Assembly: GCA_044228445.1 (NCBI GenBank)
Contig: JBGAUV010000001.1
Location: 250,495 to 314,494 of the forward strand
DNA length: 64,000 nt
DNA from: Minisyncoccia bacterium
GTDB lineage: Bacteria; Patescibacteriota; Minisyncoccia; Phycocordibacterales; PALSA-1337
Direction: 5' to 3'
In this document: positions 62,721 to 64,000 of the stretch, piece after piece
Numbering within the stretch: the first letter of the stretch is position 1
Layout: each line of letters begins with the position of its first letter
Made by a program: the position numbers and the translations under genes
The notes under the pieces: generated by a model
Told to the model about the DNA's origin: nothing
Seen by the model: only the letters and a program-made list of their open reading frames with translations
The model's database searches: none

Positions 62721-62883
62721 GCAAAAATTTACCCCACTTACATTTCCGTAAGTGGGGCGTACCTAGGAATTTAGGATGACTTGAATCGTCTTGCGACGAA
62801 TGATCAGAGCCATAAAAACCTAGATATATAAGATACTGACTTCTACATCATAGCAAACTACTATAACTTTGTCAAGTGACAAA
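62711..62883 (+). repeat. Direct repeat copy 2 (173 bp)
   Basis: See copy 1; offset exactly 1962 bp. Confidence 0.9.
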
Positions 62884-62981
62884 GATAGTGGTCTCATCGG
62901 GTTTAAAATAACCAGTATTTACAATTTGTATAATTTAGTATATAAAAAATGTAGACTTAATTTAACACTGAAAGGTGCATC

Positions 62982-63200
62982 ATGAGTATTCTAAGAGAAT
63001 TCCGTAACGCCAGCCCAAGTGAAAAAGACCCTGCAAAACTTATTTTATTCACAGTATTTGCTGACCTTAATGCTCGGCACGGCTTCGGGGATTTCTGGAG
63101 CGGTATTAACAATGATATAAAAGAAGAAATTTTGAAAACAAATCTCGAAAAGATAAGAGAAATACTGAAGAAAAAGACTCAAACCAAAAACAAAGATTGA
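62982..63200 (+). CDS. Cassette ORF D: 72-aa hypothetical protein
   Basis: AAAGGTG before ATG; extended -10 TGTATAAT upstream; terminator hairpin at 63224-63268. Confidence 0.4.
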   Translation: MSILREFRNASPSEKDPAKLILFTVFADLNARHGFGDFWSGINNDIKEEILKTNLEKIREILKKKTQTKNKD

Positions 63201-63336
63201 AAAAAAGTGACTGAATCAATCCAGGCCTCGTGTATATACATAAAAGTAAACACGAGGCTTTGAATTTTATATATCACACTTATATTTTAATAAATAACCA
63301 TTTGCCATAATATATTAAGATATGGTATAATTATTA

Positions 63337-63672
63337 GGTACCAGACAGTTGCTATGATACGAAAGTATCGTAGAGGAAAGTCCGAACATTGGCCTGACGC
63401 AAGTTAGGCAGAAAGGTAGCGGGTAACGCCCGTCAGTCGAAGGACTAGAGGTGCGAACAGAGACGTCTTTATTGGAAACGATAAAGAGACCCTTCGGGGT
63501 TAGCTTGTATAGAAATATATGAGGTGCAACGGCAAAATCCTTACCCCAATGCAAGGCCGTGCTTTATAGGAAACTATAAAGAGTGCCGCTTGAGGTTAAT
63601 TGCAAAATTAATCCCAGATAAATGACTGTCGTTCGTTTTTAACGAATACAGAATTCGGCTTACAGGTACAAT
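63337..63672 (+). ncRNA. rnpB: RNase P RNA (bacterial type A)
   Basis: CR-I AGAGGAAAGTCCG; CR-II AAAGGTAGCGGGTAACGCCCGTCAG; CR-IV ACAGAATTCGGCTTAC; P1 pairing ggtacc/ggtac; extended -10 TGGTATAAT just upstream. Confidence 0.75.
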
Positions 63673-63813
63673 ATGAAAAAACTCTCCTTAGCGGTGAGTT
63701 TTTTCATTTATATAGCCAAAAAATACAACATATTATCAACAAAATTAACCTATTTTCGGGTGTATTTATCTGGTATAATCAAATTATATAAATTATATTT
63801 AAAATAGAAAAAA

Positions 63814-64000
63814 ATGAACCCAACAACACAAAATGCAACCTTTTTTGAAAGAGTCGAATCGATCTTGGTGTACACAACTACACTTTTGGTGATAATAGGT
63901 TTCATTCCTTCAAATATAATACCTTTTGATTCAGCAAAAACTGTATTTATTTCAATCGGTATGATATTGGCTTTTATCGCCTATATGATAGGTGTAGTAA
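63814..64000 (+). CDS. 5' part of a membrane protein gene that continues beyond the window
   Basis: ATG at 63814 then an open frame to the window end, with hydrophobic segments. Confidence 0.35.
   Translation, partial: MNPTTQNATFFERVESILVYTTTLLVIIGFIPSNIIPFDSAKTVFISIGMILAFIAYMIGVV

Noticed and set aside
60740-62900. CRISPR array, integron attC array, or DGR template/variable repeat as explanations for the repeats
   Set aside because: Repeat unit is about 173-210 bp with about 2-kb spacing, which is not CRISPR-like. Each ORF has its own promoter, unlike promoterless integron cassettes, and no intI is present. The single repeat mismatch is C/T rather than adenine-specific, and no reverse transcriptase is present.
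63315-63554. 79-aa minus-strand ORF
   Set aside because: Lies within the RNase P RNA gene.

Overview
The window is AT-rich with tightly packed genes whose native start codons lack Shine-Dalgarno motifs. The 16S rRNA is divergent. All of this fits a reduced-genome Patescibacteria/CPR-like bacterium, but that lineage call is an inference. Recognisable content, in order: a sugar phosphotransferase, an epimerase and secF; a standalone 16S rRNA with its own terminator and no 23S; tRNA-Ile(GAU); pyk, radC, and a peptidoglycan block (murD, murC/mpl, mraY, NlpC/P60-like, ATP-grasp); a TraD/VirD4-like ATPase; a one-strand glycoconjugate locus of about 29 kb (21.5-50.4 kb) with many GT4/GT2/GT9/GT47-like/GT-C glycosyltransferases, at least seven SAM-methyltransferase domains, asnB, Wzx and a Wzy-like-TPR protein; then murB, secA, nrdA-nrdB-SET and an RNase P RNA. 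Two short islands are visibly GC-richer than their surroundings. Their genes use strong AGGAGG-type SD sites and consensus TTGACA-N17-TATAAT promoters, unlike the native genes. The first island (19.02-19.60 kb) holds a promoter-driven structured small RNA that carries the canonical anti-SD octamer CACCUCCU. Downstream of it is an SD-led 61-codon ORF whose leader contains perfectly complementary sites. The second island (60.65-63.3 kb) is an array of four promoter+SD+small-ORF cassettes. It is bounded by a 173-bp direct repeat with a single mismatch that carries a GC hairpin and an operator-like palindrome, and it sits next to rnpB. The 16S 3' tail itself lacks the CCUCC anti-SD.
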